Shown here: positions 9,079-19,414 of the stretch, piece by piece
How the letters are laid out: the number at the start of each line of letters is the position of its first letter
Position numbering within the stretch: the first letter of the stretch is position 1
Source: Candidatus Poribacteria bacterium
Lineage (GTDB): Bacteria > Poribacteria > WGA-4E > PCPOR2b
Assembly (NCBI GenBank): GCA_965215015.1
Contig: OZ244042.1
Location: forward strand, 4,128,001-4,192,000
DNA length: 64,000 nt
Direction: 5' to 3'
Translations under genes and position numbers: made by a program
The notes under the pieces: generated by a model
What the model saw: the letters and a program-made list of their open reading frames with translations, nothing else
Told to the model about the DNA's origin: nothing
The model's database searches: none

Positions 9079-11904
9079 ATGGGCAACTGGTCAAATCAAC
9101 GAGTTTACAAATCAACGGACCGACTCCTCTGTGCTTCACCTTTCATGTTCTATCTCTCTGCTTTATTGCTTCATATCATACTTATCTGCTCAGTCTTTTT
9201 CCTTAAGTCGGCTTGGAGCCAACCTGACACTCTTCCCATTCTTGAAATTCAGTACAGACTGAATGGCGAAATCCTCGATTCAGATTCACTGCCTGAGGGC
9301 TTGCAACGTAAGACACGACGGGTGAAAATCGGAAATCCTGTTTCGCCTTATCAGGTCCACAAGAGCATTGAGGCGATTTACACGATGGGAATCTTTGCTC
9401 AGGTTAAAGTGATTGAGACTTTTGAAGGAAATGGAGTACGATTGACGTTTGATCTCACCGACAAAGTACGAATTGGGAAGATCGAGTTTACAGGGAACAG
9501 TCTAGACGAAAATCTACTTCTCGGCGTGGTTGTCTCTCGTTCAAAAAAAGAATATTCCGGTGAACTTGCAGAAGAAGATCGGCGCAGAATCCTCGCTTTA
9601 TACAAAGATTACGGATATTTTCAGGCCGGGGTTCGCCTGACCACCTCGGCGGATTCTAGCTCTTCGCATCAAGTTGATCTGCTATACAGCATCAACGAAG
9701 GGGACCGAGTGCTTATTCAGGAAATCCAATTTGAAGGTGTCAAATCGATTGAACTCAAAAAATTGGAACAGACCATTAAAAGCGAGAAAGGCAAAGTCTA
9801 CCAAAAGCAATCGGTTGATGACGATGTTAATCGCATTCGAGAATTATACCGGAGGAACGGGTACCTGACCGTAAGAGTTAAATCTCGTTCGCCTTACGAT
9901 GAGGCGTCCGGAGCCGTCGTCCTTAACTACGAAGTCACCGAAGGAAAAAAAATTAACATCAAATATATTGGTGATAATGTAGATGAAGCGGAACTCAATC
10001 GAACACTGCCCTTATTCAAACGGGATAGCTTTTCGGAAACAATCCTAAAAAGCACAGAGGAACACATTCGTCGAATCTATCAAGAGAAGGGGTATTATGA
10101 ACCGATAGTGAGCCATAAGGTCGAAAAAGTATCGGGGCAAGAAGAAGTTATCTATTTTGATATTCAGTTGGGGCCAGCCGCACGGATTCAGCATATCAGT
10201 TTCGAGGGGAACACGGCATTTTCGGATAGCGTTTTGCTGGATCAGATGAAAACCCAACCGCGCAGTCGATTTGCAATTCCTGGATTGAGGTGGTTGTTTT
10301 CCACAGGCATTTTTAACCCAGCCACACTTGAAATAGACAAGCGAAAGTTGGAACACTTTTATAGAAAAGCAGGGTATCTAGACATTCGGGTTATGTCTGA
10401 TGAACCAGAGATTAATAAAGATAATGGTCTCATTTTACACATAAAAATTTATGAAGGGAAACAACAGCTCATAGATTGGGTTTCAATCGAAGGAGTCACA
10501 ATTTTTGAAACGGCTCAGCTATATGCAGAACTTTTCGCAAAACTTGGAAAACCTTATAGCACAGACATCACAAATCGCGATGAGCGGTATCTCGAATCCC
10601 TTTACCATCAGAAGGGATATATTTATGCGCGCATCAGCCACGATTATTATCCAGAGACGCGCACCCTTACCTATAAAATTTCCGAGGGAATTCAAGCCAA
10701 ATTTGGCAAATTCCGTTTCGATGGAGATGGTCAAATTAAACTGCATGTTTTGCAGCGAGAATTTGAAAATCTCGGCTTAGTTGAAGGGGCGGTATTTAAC
10801 GAAGAACGTTTATTGGCAGAATCCCGACGACGTTTATTGACCACGGGTCTTTTTAAAGAAGTTGAAATTACGGCGCCTGACCGAGATATTGAAAGTACGG
10901 AGACTATTGATGTAGATGTCGGTGTTGCGGTTAAAAAATCGGGAGCAATCAGCGTCAGCGGGGGATATATTTCCTCTGAGGGTATTCGGGGCACATTGGG
11001 ACTCGCCCATAACAACCTATTCAAGCGCAACATGAAAATCAGTGGGAAAATCAGTAGAGGTACAAGAGGCAATTTGTATGAAATAACGCTGATTGAACCG
11101 TGGTTCAAACTGGCACCTCTTGATAAGCTCATTGGACCTACGATAGGAACTTTCCGCCTGTTCAACGATAATCTAGAGGAGTACGAGAATATACGGGCGC
11201 AAGGTGGAACGGCGAACCTTGCCAAACGGCTTGGGCGATTTAGCAATCTTGCAGTACAGTATAAATCTCAAGATTTGCGTGACGGTGATGCCCCGCCTAA
11301 AATCCAGACAACCGTAAGTAGTCTCGGTATCGAGTTCCATCGAGATAGTCGAGATCATTTTCTGAATCCAAAAAATGGTTGGTTCAACGAAGTTGCGATT
11401 GAATATGCAGGTGGATTTCTCAAGGGGAAAACCAGTTTTTTCAAATTTACCACAGACCACCGCTACTATTGGCAGTTTTGGGGAGATGCTGTCCTTGCCA
11501 GCGCAATTCGCGTTGGGTATGAAAAAGGGCTTAGAGGAAACCGGGACCGAGAGATTATCTCCTTTGAACGTTTCTATGCCGGTGGATCAACAACAGTCAG
11601 GGGATACCCGGAGCGGGGCCTTGGACCGGAAGATGAGTTTGGGAATCATCGTGGGGATGTGTTATTTATTTTAAATACAGAATTCCGTTTTCCAATCTAT
11701 GGGTTCATCGGTGGTGCACTATTTTTGGATGCAGGCAACGTCTGGAATAAATTTTCGGATGTTAAGGAAGTCCTCCCGCGAACGGCAATAGGCTTGGGCG
11801 TGCGTATAGATACCCCACTTGGGCCTGCTCGCGTTGACGTTGGGCTACCGTTAATGGAAGAATTTAAGCCCATATTTTACCTACAGTTGGGCCAAGCATT
11901 TTAA
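9079..11904 (+). CDS. Omp85-family outer membrane assembly protein (TamA/BamA-like) with about 7 POTRA domains
   Basis: Repeated POTRA motifs (I.FEGN, Y...GY, I.EG); barrel motif ERFYAGGSTTVRGY; C-terminus YLQLGQAF. Confidence 0.9.
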   Translation: MGNWSNQRVYKSTDRLLCASPFMFYLSALLLHIILICSVFFLKSAWSQPDTLPILEIQYRLNGEILDSDSLPEGLQRKTRRVKIGNPVSPYQVHKSIEAIYTMGIFAQVKVIETFEGNGVRLTFDLTDKVRIGKIEFTGNSLDENLLLGVVVSRSKKEYSGELAEEDRRRILALYKDYGYFQAGVRLTTSADSSSSHQVDLLYSINEGDRVLIQEIQFEGVKSIELKKLEQTIKSEKGKVYQKQSVDDDVNRIRELYRRNGYLTVRVKSRSPYDEASGAVVLNYEVTEGKKINIKYIGDNVDEAELNRTLPLFKRDSFSETILKSTEEHIRRIYQEKGYYEPIVSHKVEKVSGQEEVIYFDIQLGPAARIQHISFEGNTAFSDSVLLDQMKTQPRSRFAIPGLRWLFSTGIFNPATLEIDKRKLEHFYRKAGYLDIRVMSDEPEINKDNGLILHIKIYEGKQQLIDWVSIEGVTIFETAQLYAELFAKLGKPYSTDITNRDERYLESLYHQKGYIYARISHDYYPETRTLTYKISEGIQAKFGKFRFDGDGQIKLHVLQREFENLGLVEGAVFNEERLLAESRRRLLTTGLFKEVEITAPDRDIESTETIDVDVGVAVKKSGAISVSGGYISSEGIRGTLGLAHNNLFKRNMKISGKISRGTRGNLYEITLIEPWFKLAPLDKLIGPTIGTFRLFNDNLEEYENIRAQGGTANLAKRLGRFSNLAVQYKSQDLRDGDAPPKIQTTVSSLGIEFHRDSRDHFLNPKNGWFNEVAIEYAGGFLKGKTSFFKFTTDHRYYWQFWGDAVLASAIRVGYEKGLRGNRDREIISFERFYAGGSTTVRGYPERGLGPEDEFGNHRGDVLFILNTEFRFPIYGFIGGALFLDAGNVWNKFSDVKEVLPRTAIGLGVRIDTPLGPARVDVGLPLMEEFKPIFYLQLGQAF

Positions 11905-12013
11905 TCTAAATCGACAATGAAAAGACATCTTGATGCCCTACCACTTTTGATTTGATTGAGTGCACGCGGTTAACCATTTCAGTCAATATCAATAAACGAT
12001 GAGGAACAATTGG

Positions 12014-12904
12014 ATGAAATTGACAGACGAACAAATTGAGGAATTTAAGAGGAATGGGGTATTAATCGTCAAGGAAGCTCTACATGAATCTGAGTTGGAC
12101 CCTGTGATTGATGAGCTCGCGGATTGGGTGAATAGGCGTGCGTGTGAGCTACACACCATGGGAAAAATTCAGAATCTGTACCCTAATGCCTCCTTCGACA
12201 CGCGCTTCGGGCTCCTTTTTGAGCAGTGCAAAGAGATAGGTGATGGACTTGACATCAGCGCATCTCGCGGTCAAGTGATGTTTGAGTTCTTGCATAACAA
12301 GAATCTGCTCGATACCGTCGAATCGCTCGTTGGTCCAGAAATTACCTGCAACCCCATTCAACATGCACGCACCAAACCACCGACAGCTTACGAAGGACGT
12401 ACTGGCCCATCATTCCATGTCGTCCCTTGGCACCAAGACGCCGGTGTTATGATGCCCGAAGCTGAAGTCTCAAACATCGTAACCTGTTGGCTCCCGTTGG
12501 GAGACGCGACGGTCGAAATGGGATGTATGCAAGCACTCCCCGGCGTTTTTAATCTTGGCTATCTAAGCCATTTCAAAGAGGAGCCAGCGACCATTACGAT
12601 TCGTCCTGAAGTGTTACCATCGGTTGAACCGATGGATCTCGTCTGCTACAAAGGGGATGTGATTCTGTTGAATAAATTCACCCCGCACCGTTCAGTTCCC
12701 AATGTGTCCGACAGGTGTCGTTGGTCTCTAGATCTGCGTTACCAAACCACCGGGCATCACACAGGCAGGACGGCGTACCCAGCGTTTATTGTGCGCTCTC
12801 CAAGCAACCCAGCGAGCGTTCTACGCGATTATGATGAATGGTGTCGACTCTGGATTGATGCCCTTGAGAATCCCAGAGGGGTAACGATGCACCGGACGGA
12901 CTGA
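12014..12904 (+). CDS. Phytanoyl-CoA dioxygenase (PhyH) family Fe/2OG dioxygenase
   Basis: LTDEQIEEFKRNG start, WHQD and PHRS.PN.SD..R motifs. Confidence 0.9.
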   Translation: MKLTDEQIEEFKRNGVLIVKEALHESELDPVIDELADWVNRRACELHTMGKIQNLYPNASFDTRFGLLFEQCKEIGDGLDISASRGQVMFEFLHNKNLLDTVESLVGPEITCNPIQHARTKPPTAYEGRTGPSFHVVPWHQDAGVMMPEAEVSNIVTCWLPLGDATVEMGCMQALPGVFNLGYLSHFKEEPATITIRPEVLPSVEPMDLVCYKGDVILLNKFTPHRSVPNVSDRCRWSLDLRYQTTGHHTGRTAYPAFIVRSPSNPASVLRDYDEWCRLWIDALENPRGVTMHRTD

Positions 12905-12944
12905 TTGCGCTGTGGGTTTCATAGGGTGATTTCTAATCGTAATA

Positions 12945-13094
12945 AGTCGTTGTGGGCTTTTTTTAATACTAACCTCTGAGGCGCAGAAGGCACAGAGAAA
13001 ATAAGAAAAACGAAAGGGTTATGTCCAACATTACTTTTCCAATTCTTCTCCGCATTTTCCGCGCCTCTGCGATTGATTTTAGCCAGTAACGACT
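12945..13094. repeat. MITE-like long imperfect inverted repeat
   Basis: Ends AGTCGTTGTGGGCT / AGCCAGTAACGACT, with internal complementary blocks GAGGCGCAGAAGGCACAGAGAA / TTCTCCGCATTTTCCGCGCCTC. Confidence 0.55.
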
Positions 13095-13139
13095 GATCCG
13101 CTTTCTAATTTATGTCATAGTCAAAAACGGAGGGAGTTT

Positions 13140-14027
13140 ATGTTCGGTTTTAGTGGTGCCTGGCCCGCTCTGGTCACACCCTTTACAGTCGAAGATAAAG
13201 TGAATGTAGCGGTGTTAAGGGAGCTCGTGGAGTATCTGATCGATAAACGGGTCGGAGGATTTTACGTCTGTGGCGGTACTGGAGAAGGACTTTTCATGTC
13301 GCCTGAAGAACGCAAACTGGTCACTGAAACTGCGGTCGACCAAGTAGGTGCGCGCGTCCCTGTCATTGCACACATCGGCAGCATGATTGTAAGCGATGCA
13401 ATCCAATTAGCAAAACATGCCCAGGAGGTAGGGGCTGCAGGGATAAGCAGCGTCATCCCACCGATGTTTCAGAACACCGAAAGTTTATATCCATACTTTG
13501 AGCGGGTTGGTGCCGCTGCCCCTGATATACCGTTGCTAACTTACATATTCGGCGGTCCTACGGACGCCGGTGCGCTGATGCGACAGTTAATGGCAATCCC
13601 TACCGTCGCCGGTGCGAAGTACACGGGTCCAAATATGTATGAGTTTAGAGAGATTGTGGAGTTGCGAGGGGATAACTGGAGCATTTTTTCGGGTATGGAT
13701 GAACAGTGTCTTTATGCGGCGATGCAGGGTGCCTGCGGCAACATCGGTTCAACGCTCAATTATATTCCCGGAATCTATCGTGAGATACACAACAGTTACA
13801 AGATGGGAGATATTGCTAAAGGGCAGGAGCTTCAGGTTCGCGCCAACCACGTGACCCGTGTGCTGTTTTCCTTCGGTTTCTTTGGTGCCCTCAAAGAAGT
13901 GATGCGGATGTTGGGTTTCGACTGTGGAAAACCCCGTCTGCCCCACGTTCCTTTCGCTGGGGAGAAACGGGACGCTTTACGAGCGCAGTTAGAAGCCCTT
14001 GATTTCTTCACAGTAGCGACAATGTAA
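13140..14027 (+). CDS. Dihydrodipicolinate synthase / N-acetylneuraminate lyase family aldolase
   Basis: PALVTPF, GGTGE, Schiff-base Lys in GAKYT, GNIGSTLN. Confidence 0.9.
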   Translation: MFGFSGAWPALVTPFTVEDKVNVAVLRELVEYLIDKRVGGFYVCGGTGEGLFMSPEERKLVTETAVDQVGARVPVIAHIGSMIVSDAIQLAKHAQEVGAAGISSVIPPMFQNTESLYPYFERVGAAAPDIPLLTYIFGGPTDAGALMRQLMAIPTVAGAKYTGPNMYEFREIVELRGDNWSIFSGMDEQCLYAAMQGACGNIGSTLNYIPGIYREIHNSYKMGDIAKGQELQVRANHVTRVLFSFGFFGALKEVMRMLGFDCGKPRLPHVPFAGEKRDALRAQLEALDFFTVATM

Positions 14028-14048
14028 CATTTACCCCTGCTTTTGGAA

Positions 14049-14867
14049 TCAGCTGATCCAACACTCCGGCGTGTAGGCTTCCCGCAAGAACATTTTTTTT
14101 CGGGTGGGTCCGGCGCGTTCAATCCATTCGGGCGGAATCTCTTGTGTGTAGCGATGCGGTGGTCCGGCCTCCTTGAAGATGTCAATCAGGAAAAGCCGAA
14201 ATGCCTGTGGTGAATCCAGCGGCTTGGGTTCAACACCGTGAAACATCCGAGCGTTGAGGTAAACCAGACTTCCCGGCGGCAGTTCTAGGTGTCTCGCCGC
14301 AAGCTCACGACCAGCAACATCGTCAAATTCTCCCGCTAGCAGCCTTTCCGGTGTAACATCTTCCGTTGGGGGAACCCGATGGCTACCCGGAATCACCGAG
14401 AGGCTCCTATCTCCGCGTGTGAACCCATTAGGATAGTAGAGTATCTGGATGTACCACTTGTCCCTTTCAGCGAGATTGATAGGGTTATCGTGACGCCAAT
14501 GGTGATGGTCTTGATGAAAACCGAGCCGTCCCGCGCCACGAGGAGCGATATTCAGCGCGGAATGGCAGAAATGATAATCGGTACCAATCGTGGCTTGAAG
14601 CAGTGCCGTGACGAGTGGTGCATCGATAAGTCGATCCGCCCACGGCCCCCTGTTATTCCACGGTCTAACGAAGTATGTGGTCGGTTTGTTCTGCTCGTCG
14701 TTTAAAGTACGGAGATATTCGCGCGCCCCCTCCATGTTAAGGACCTCATCGGTCAATCCCGAAAGTGCCTCCTCCGTGAAGACTTCGGGTATGGCGGCAT
14801 AGCCGTCTCTATGAAAATTTTCAATATTTTCTTGCGAAGGGGCGTCAATACGAAATATCGGACTCAT
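14049..14867 (-). CDS. PhyH-family dioxygenase
   Basis: FHRDGY, FHQD, VIPGSH, FHGV; ATG at 14867 preferred. Confidence 0.85.
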   Translation of the reverse strand: MSPIFRIDAPSQENIENFHRDGYAAIPEVFTEEALSGLTDEVLNMEGAREYLRTLNDEQNKPTTYFVRPWNNRGPWADRLIDAPLVTALLQATIGTDYHFCHSALNIAPRGAGRLGFHQDHHHWRHDNPINLAERDKWYIQILYYPNGFTRGDRSLSVIPGSHRVPPTEDVTPERLLAGEFDDVAGRELAARHLELPPGSLVYLNARMFHGVEPKPLDSPQAFRLFLIDIFKEAGPPHRYTQEIPPEWIERAGPTRKKMFLREAYTPECWIS

Positions 14868-15057
14868 AGTCGATTCTCCAGAATTTCTTATCAAGTGTTT
14901 CCCTCAAGACAAGCTGCTATTTAAGAAATCGTGCAACAGAATTAGGCCTTCCTATCCCAATTGTGCCAATGAACGCCTGAACTAATGAATCAATGAACCA
15001 AATCACGTTTCACAATCTTCGTATCTTGCTCTTTCTTTTTATCTAAATCTCAACTGT

Positions 15058-16092
15058 TTACGTCTCACTAAAAGGCGGGGCAACCGGTGTATGCGTCTGT
15101 GCGGACCGGCGACAGGCTAGACATAACTCGATTACACGCTGGGCATCCTCAATCGTCAAATCCGGATCTGTTTTGTTCAAACAACACTCCACCCAATGGG
15201 TCATTTCGTCGAGCAGATTATTATTTTGAATGCGATAAAAATTGTTGACGCCATCTTTCGTGAAAAGTGTTCCTTCATAAACGCTTTGCTGCGTCCGAAT
15301 CACACCCGTTGTGCCGACCAATTCAACCTCATAGGTAGGAAACCGAAAACCGTCGACGGAAAAATAGATGTCGATTGACCCCATGACCCGATTCTCAAAG
15401 CGCAGGATGATCTTGCCGCTGTCCATAAAAGGCGAGCGGTCTGAAAGGTAATTGTCATATTCGGCGTAAACCCTTGTCACTTCTGAATCGGCAAACCATC
15501 TAACAACGTCGGCGGCATACCAAATCAGAGACAGTTCTGGTCCCCCTTGCGCTTCCTCCCAATACCAATCATCTTTTGGAAAACTGTTAATGTTCCCGTG
15601 TTGGTGTAACGCTCGAATTGAAATTAGTTCGCCAATCACCCCGTTCTTGAAGTGCTGATATGCCTCGCGGATACCTCCGTCGAAACGCTCTGTTGTGCCA
15701 GAGGTCGCAATCACCCCGTGTTCCCGCACCGCTTTTACAATGCGCTCTGCTGCTTCAACGGTTGTCGCCATCGGCTTGGCGATGTAGATATCGACGCCCA
15801 AAGGGGCAAGCTGTTCGACAAGCCGAACAGCTTCGGTATTTTTGGCACAGATACAAACCGCAGCCAAACCCTCCTTTTGAATCATTTCTACTGGGTCATG
15901 ATATAATTGGAGGTCGTACGCTGCGGCATATTCCGTCGGTGTTTTTCCAAGGGAGATAGATATCAGATTTGGGTCGTAATCTAAATCTGCACATGCCACA
16001 AGTTTGGCGTGGGAAATAATGCTCAAACAGTTTGCGAAGGCATTAGGCCAATAAACGCTCTGAAGTCCGACAATGCCAGTTCTAATGCCCAT
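15058..16092 (-). CDS. Gfo/Idh/MocA family oxidoreductase
   Basis: N-terminal Rossmann fold (GIVGL), IAKPMA, typical C-terminal domain. Confidence 0.85.
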   Translation of the reverse strand: MGIRTGIVGLQSVYWPNAFANCLSIISHAKLVACADLDYDPNLISISLGKTPTEYAAAYDLQLYHDPVEMIQKEGLAAVCICAKNTEAVRLVEQLAPLGVDIYIAKPMATTVEAAERIVKAVREHGVIATSGTTERFDGGIREAYQHFKNGVIGELISIRALHQHGNINSFPKDDWYWEEAQGGPELSLIWYAADVVRWFADSEVTRVYAEYDNYLSDRSPFMDSGKIILRFENRVMGSIDIYFSVDGFRFPTYEVELVGTTGVIRTQQSVYEGTLFTKDGVNNFYRIQNNNLLDEMTHWVECCLNKTDPDLTIEDAQRVIELCLACRRSAQTHTPVAPPFSET

Positions 16093-16127
16093 CTATTTCT
16101 CCTATTACGTCGCACCCCGCCCATTAA

Positions 16128-16784
16128 TTAGATTAGGCGTAGCCAATCATGCAGCAGAAAATCAACCCGTTGGATAAGGAGAGACACACGACCCATCACC
16201 GTGTTACCGAATGCTGAACCGAACCCAATCATCAGAAAGACGATGCCAATCTTTGAAATCCCACCGACAACGCCCCGATGCTCGACCGAGAAAAAGAAAT
16301 AGGTCAGCGTTGATATGACACCGATAAGCATGAGAATCGCACCGAAGATTTGAAACAAATCTAACTCGCCCGCATGAATTTTTGCAAACGGAGTTAATGT
16401 GCCATGCACCTGTTGAAAGATGTCCGCTCTCATCACATTAGGAATTGCCAAACCAGATCCCACCCCGATGAGGATAGCGATTGGATAGCGAATCAGCCAA
16501 GCGTGTGTTGGGACAAGACGAGCGAAAAATAGCACACCAATACCGATTGGAATGAGCCTCACCAAGCCACTCCACTGTTGCTGCTTGACGGCTTCCGAAA
16601 GTGGGTCCCATGCAAATGGAATCAAGCCTTGGTGGACTGTAAGTACGATACCGTAGCCCACCGAGACGCCCACAAAAAGGTGTTCCGCAAATCGGTAAAA
16701 CGGATTATCTCGATAGAGAAAACTGTAGATGCAGAGTGTAAGTAGTGCAGCCACCCAGATACCAATCTTCATCATGTCCACCAT
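16128..16784 (-). CDS. Conserved hypothetical polytopic membrane protein (gene 4 of the DUF6754-type operon)
   Basis: About 6 TM segments; YSFLYRDNPFYRFAEHLFVG and FGSAFGNTVMGRVSLLI motifs; AGGAGG RBS. Confidence 0.75.
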   Translation of the reverse strand: MVDMMKIGIWVAALLTLCIYSFLYRDNPFYRFAEHLFVGVSVGYGIVLTVHQGLIPFAWDPLSEAVKQQQWSGLVRLIPIGIGVLFFARLVPTHAWLIRYPIAILIGVGSGLAIPNVMRADIFQQVHGTLTPFAKIHAGELDLFQIFGAILMLIGVISTLTYFFFSVEHRGVVGGISKIGIVFLMIGFGSAFGNTVMGRVSLLIQRVDFLLHDWLRLI

Positions 16785-16801
16785 ATATGAAACCTCCTGT
16801 T

Positions 16802-17617
16802 TTATTCAGCTTGACGCCGTTGGATAAAGAAGGCAATATTGCCCAGAATCACAAGCCCAACAACTAGCAGATGCGCGAAGGATTGAATGCTCATGCCTTC
16901 GGTTCCTTTTGCGGGCTTCTCAATCAGCTTTTCATACTCCGCAGCACCTAAGAGTCCAGGCATCAAACCGATTAACTGCTTTGTCTGTAGGTACGGGTAC
17001 ATCTGCGACACAATCACGCCGGTCACCCCTGCGGCAATCTGTTGGTTATACCTTGTGTTCGTGTAAGTAATCCACCATTCGGTTGAACTCCCCGATGCCA
17101 AATCGAGAACCAGATCAATCTGTTCATAATTTTTAATATCTGCCATCATTGGAATTTCAGAGAGCAAGGTTTCGGCATAATCGGCTTCAAAAACGGAATC
17201 GATCGCCGTACCCATTCCGAGAAGCACCTGCGTCGTCCCTGGTCGGTAGCCGAGATAAATATAATCTTCACCGTAAACCGCTTCCGCCTCTGCAGCGGTC
17301 TCTGTCAGCATTTCGTCTCCCAATGTTGCCCCCTCCACTAGAAGCGTCATACCAATCACCCGAATTTTTTTCCGAAAACAGTGGTGTATCACTGCTTTTG
17401 CCATTGGATGGAGTTCTGCTAGCGACGAGGGACCATAGTTAAATCCAATCATGAGGGTTGAGCCGGGGGGCAGGGCTTCGATATAGTCATAGGTACTGCG
17501 TGTTGGTTGAGATATGGTGATAGGGAAACTGACTTTCAGCAGGGAGGGAATAATCACCGCCAACGCCACCAAAATAAAGACAATTCGCCGATCAATGTTC
17601 ATTAGTTTTTCGATCAT
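16802..17617 (-). CDS. Conserved hypothetical membrane-anchored protein (gene 3 of the operon)
   Basis: N- and C-terminal TMs around a soluble alpha/beta domain (YGEDYIYLGY, GLLGAAEYE, QSFAH). Confidence 0.75.
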   Translation of the reverse strand: MIEKLMNIDRRIVFILVALAVIIPSLLKVSFPITISQPTRSTYDYIEALPPGSTLMIGFNYGPSSLAELHPMAKAVIHHCFRKKIRVIGMTLLVEGATLGDEMLTETAAEAEAVYGEDYIYLGYRPGTTQVLLGMGTAIDSVFEADYAETLLSEIPMMADIKNYEQIDLVLDLASGSSTEWWITYTNTRYNQQIAAGVTGVIVSQMYPYLQTKQLIGLMPGLLGAAEYEKLIEKPAKGTEGMSIQSFAHLLVVGLVILGNIAFFIQRRQAE

Positions 17618-17620
17618 TTT

Positions 17621-18316
17621 TTAATCTCCTTCTACGCCTCCGAGATATGAACGCTCAATCCCCAAGATAATACGAATTGACTGAGAGATGACACCGAGAC
17701 TGATGCCGAGGATAATTCCCCGTCGTGCGGAGAGATTCGGATTATCTAAAATCCACTGCCGTGCGGAAGAGGGTAAGCTATCTCCTAGTGGTATTACGGT
17801 ATTCCAGACGAGGTCTCCAACGGGTGCATTCCCAATCATGACAATCAGTGCTGCAGCAAGTAGCAGGGTTGCCTCAAGGGTGCGAGCGCGAAAAGCACGG
17901 TAGGCCGCGGATGCGATAAAAAAAGCGAGGAGTGAAAACATGGTGGCGTCCATCGGGACTTGTACGTAGTTAAACAGCCACACAAATGCAGGACTCTTCG
18001 GGCCAAACGATAGCCCCATCTTTGAAAGGAAAGAAATCTTATTAAGAAAAGTAGGGATACCTATCAGCACCATGATAATGATGCCAGCGAACACAACATA
18101 ACTGTATTGCCAATGTTCTGTGCGACGACGGATGCGGACCCAGTGGGTCTGCACTAGGGTTGCGATAGCTAGTACAAGCGCGAACGGACCGATAACCAGT
18201 GCCCAATCAATGACCTCCTTGTAGAGCCCTTGAGACACTGAGTGCGGGCTAAATTCAGTGAGTGCCATCACAATACCAAATGCGAAACAAAGGACTAACG
18301 GAACTTGTCGTCTCAT
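17621..18316 (-). CDS. Conserved hypothetical polytopic membrane protein (gene 2 of the operon)
   Basis: 5-6 TMs; ATMFSLLAFFIASAAYRAFRAR and RIILGIERSYLG; ATG at 18316 has an AGGAGG RBS. Confidence 0.75.
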   Translation of the reverse strand: MRRQVPLVLCFAFGIVMALTEFSPHSVSQGLYKEVIDWALVIGPFALVLAIATLVQTHWVRIRRRTEHWQYSYVVFAGIIIMVLIGIPTFLNKISFLSKMGLSFGPKSPAFVWLFNYVQVPMDATMFSLLAFFIASAAYRAFRARTLEATLLLAAALIVMIGNAPVGDLVWNTVIPLGDSLPSSARQWILDNPNLSARRGIILGISLGVISQSIRIILGIERSYLGGVEGD

Positions 18317-18346
18317 AACACCTCCTGAAGCGTGAAACATAAAAGG

Positions 18347-19243
18347 CTACTTGACTCGCTGGAAAAAGGTCGTCATCCAAGTAATCCCACAGAGCTCAAG
18401 AATGACACCAATTACGATAGCACCAAAAATCATCACCTTGCCGTAATCCTGCCCCTTGAGACTGCCGAGCAACATCGGTTCACGGGACAGATACGCACTG
18501 GCGGCGAATAGCTCTTCACCAATCAGTGTATAGTCACACGCAGCGATGAAGAACGGTAGCTGGTGTTCCTTGTCGGTTCCCGCAATCTGGATTGCCCCGA
18601 TGGAATTGCCGGTTTCCGCCAAAATTAACGATTCGGCGAAAAACGTGCCTTGCAGGAAAACCGCCGCCGGTTTTTCCCGTACCATCATTCCATCAACACC
18701 CGCAGCATAAGCGAACTGACTTTCGGTGAGGAAAAAGATGTTCTCCTCATTATAGGCGTCGGGACGTCCTTCATTGAGGTAAGCGGTTCTCACCATCTCC
18801 CGAACGACGTTCATCACAATGGGATCGTTGCATGGAACCCGTAGCGGTGTTTCGTAGTCTGCGGTCTTTTGGGCGACTTGGCTGAGGATGTTCATACTCG
18901 CGATAGTTGCGACGTTGCTGACCCCTCCCAAGCCAAGGATATACATAATCGAACGTCCCATCTCCGTTGCTCGACCGATTGCTTCGTCCACCGCTTCGAG
19001 TCCGGGAATACGGCGGATAAACAGTTCTTTCCCACTTCGAGCATGATAGATACAATAGACCACTGTGGCGGAGTATAGGATTACAGCAAGAAAAATCCAT
19101 ATTTTGCCGGTGTCAAACCATCGAGTATCTTCGGTTGTAGTTGCCTCTTGTGCAAAGGCATTGAGACAACACCCAAGTGCAAAAACTAGTATAATTAACC
19201 CTTGAACCAGCGGGGACAGACAAAGGATCTTTTGTCCCTTCAT
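18347..19243 (-). CDS. DUF6754-type membrane protein (gene 1 of the operon)
   Basis: Signal peptide, TM, IRRIPGLEAVDEAIGRATEMGR, QLPFFIAACDYTLIGEELFAASAYLS, C-terminal TM; family recognised from memory. ATG at 19243 has a GGAGG RBS. Confidence 0.75.
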   Translation of the reverse strand: MKGQKILCLSPLVQGLIILVFALGCCLNAFAQEATTTEDTRWFDTGKIWIFLAVILYSATVVYCIYHARSGKELFIRRIPGLEAVDEAIGRATEMGRSIMYILGLGGVSNVATIASMNILSQVAQKTADYETPLRVPCNDPIVMNVVREMVRTAYLNEGRPDAYNEENIFFLTESQFAYAAGVDGMMVREKPAAVFLQGTFFAESLILAETGNSIGAIQIAGTDKEHQLPFFIAACDYTLIGEELFAASAYLSREPMLLGSLKGQDYGKVMIFGAIVIGVILELCGITWMTTFFQRVK

Positions 19244-19311
19244 TTTGTAACCTCCAGTCTTTTGGTTCGATGCGTCTATTTCCATGGCTGAGACTATTAT
19301 TAATAGCCGCG

Positions 19312-19340
19312 ATTATAGCCTCGTATCGCAAGTCTGTCAA
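19312..19340 (-). promoter_or_regulatory. Sigma70 promoter for the four-gene membrane operon
   Basis: Minus strand reads TTGACA-17 bp-TATAAT (perfect consensus). Confidence 0.8.
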
Positions 19341-19414
19341 AAGGAAACAGGATGCAGCAACTTTTCTGAATGGATATTGATTCGCTCTTGAGGCTTTGTA
19401 AAAATAAGCGATAA

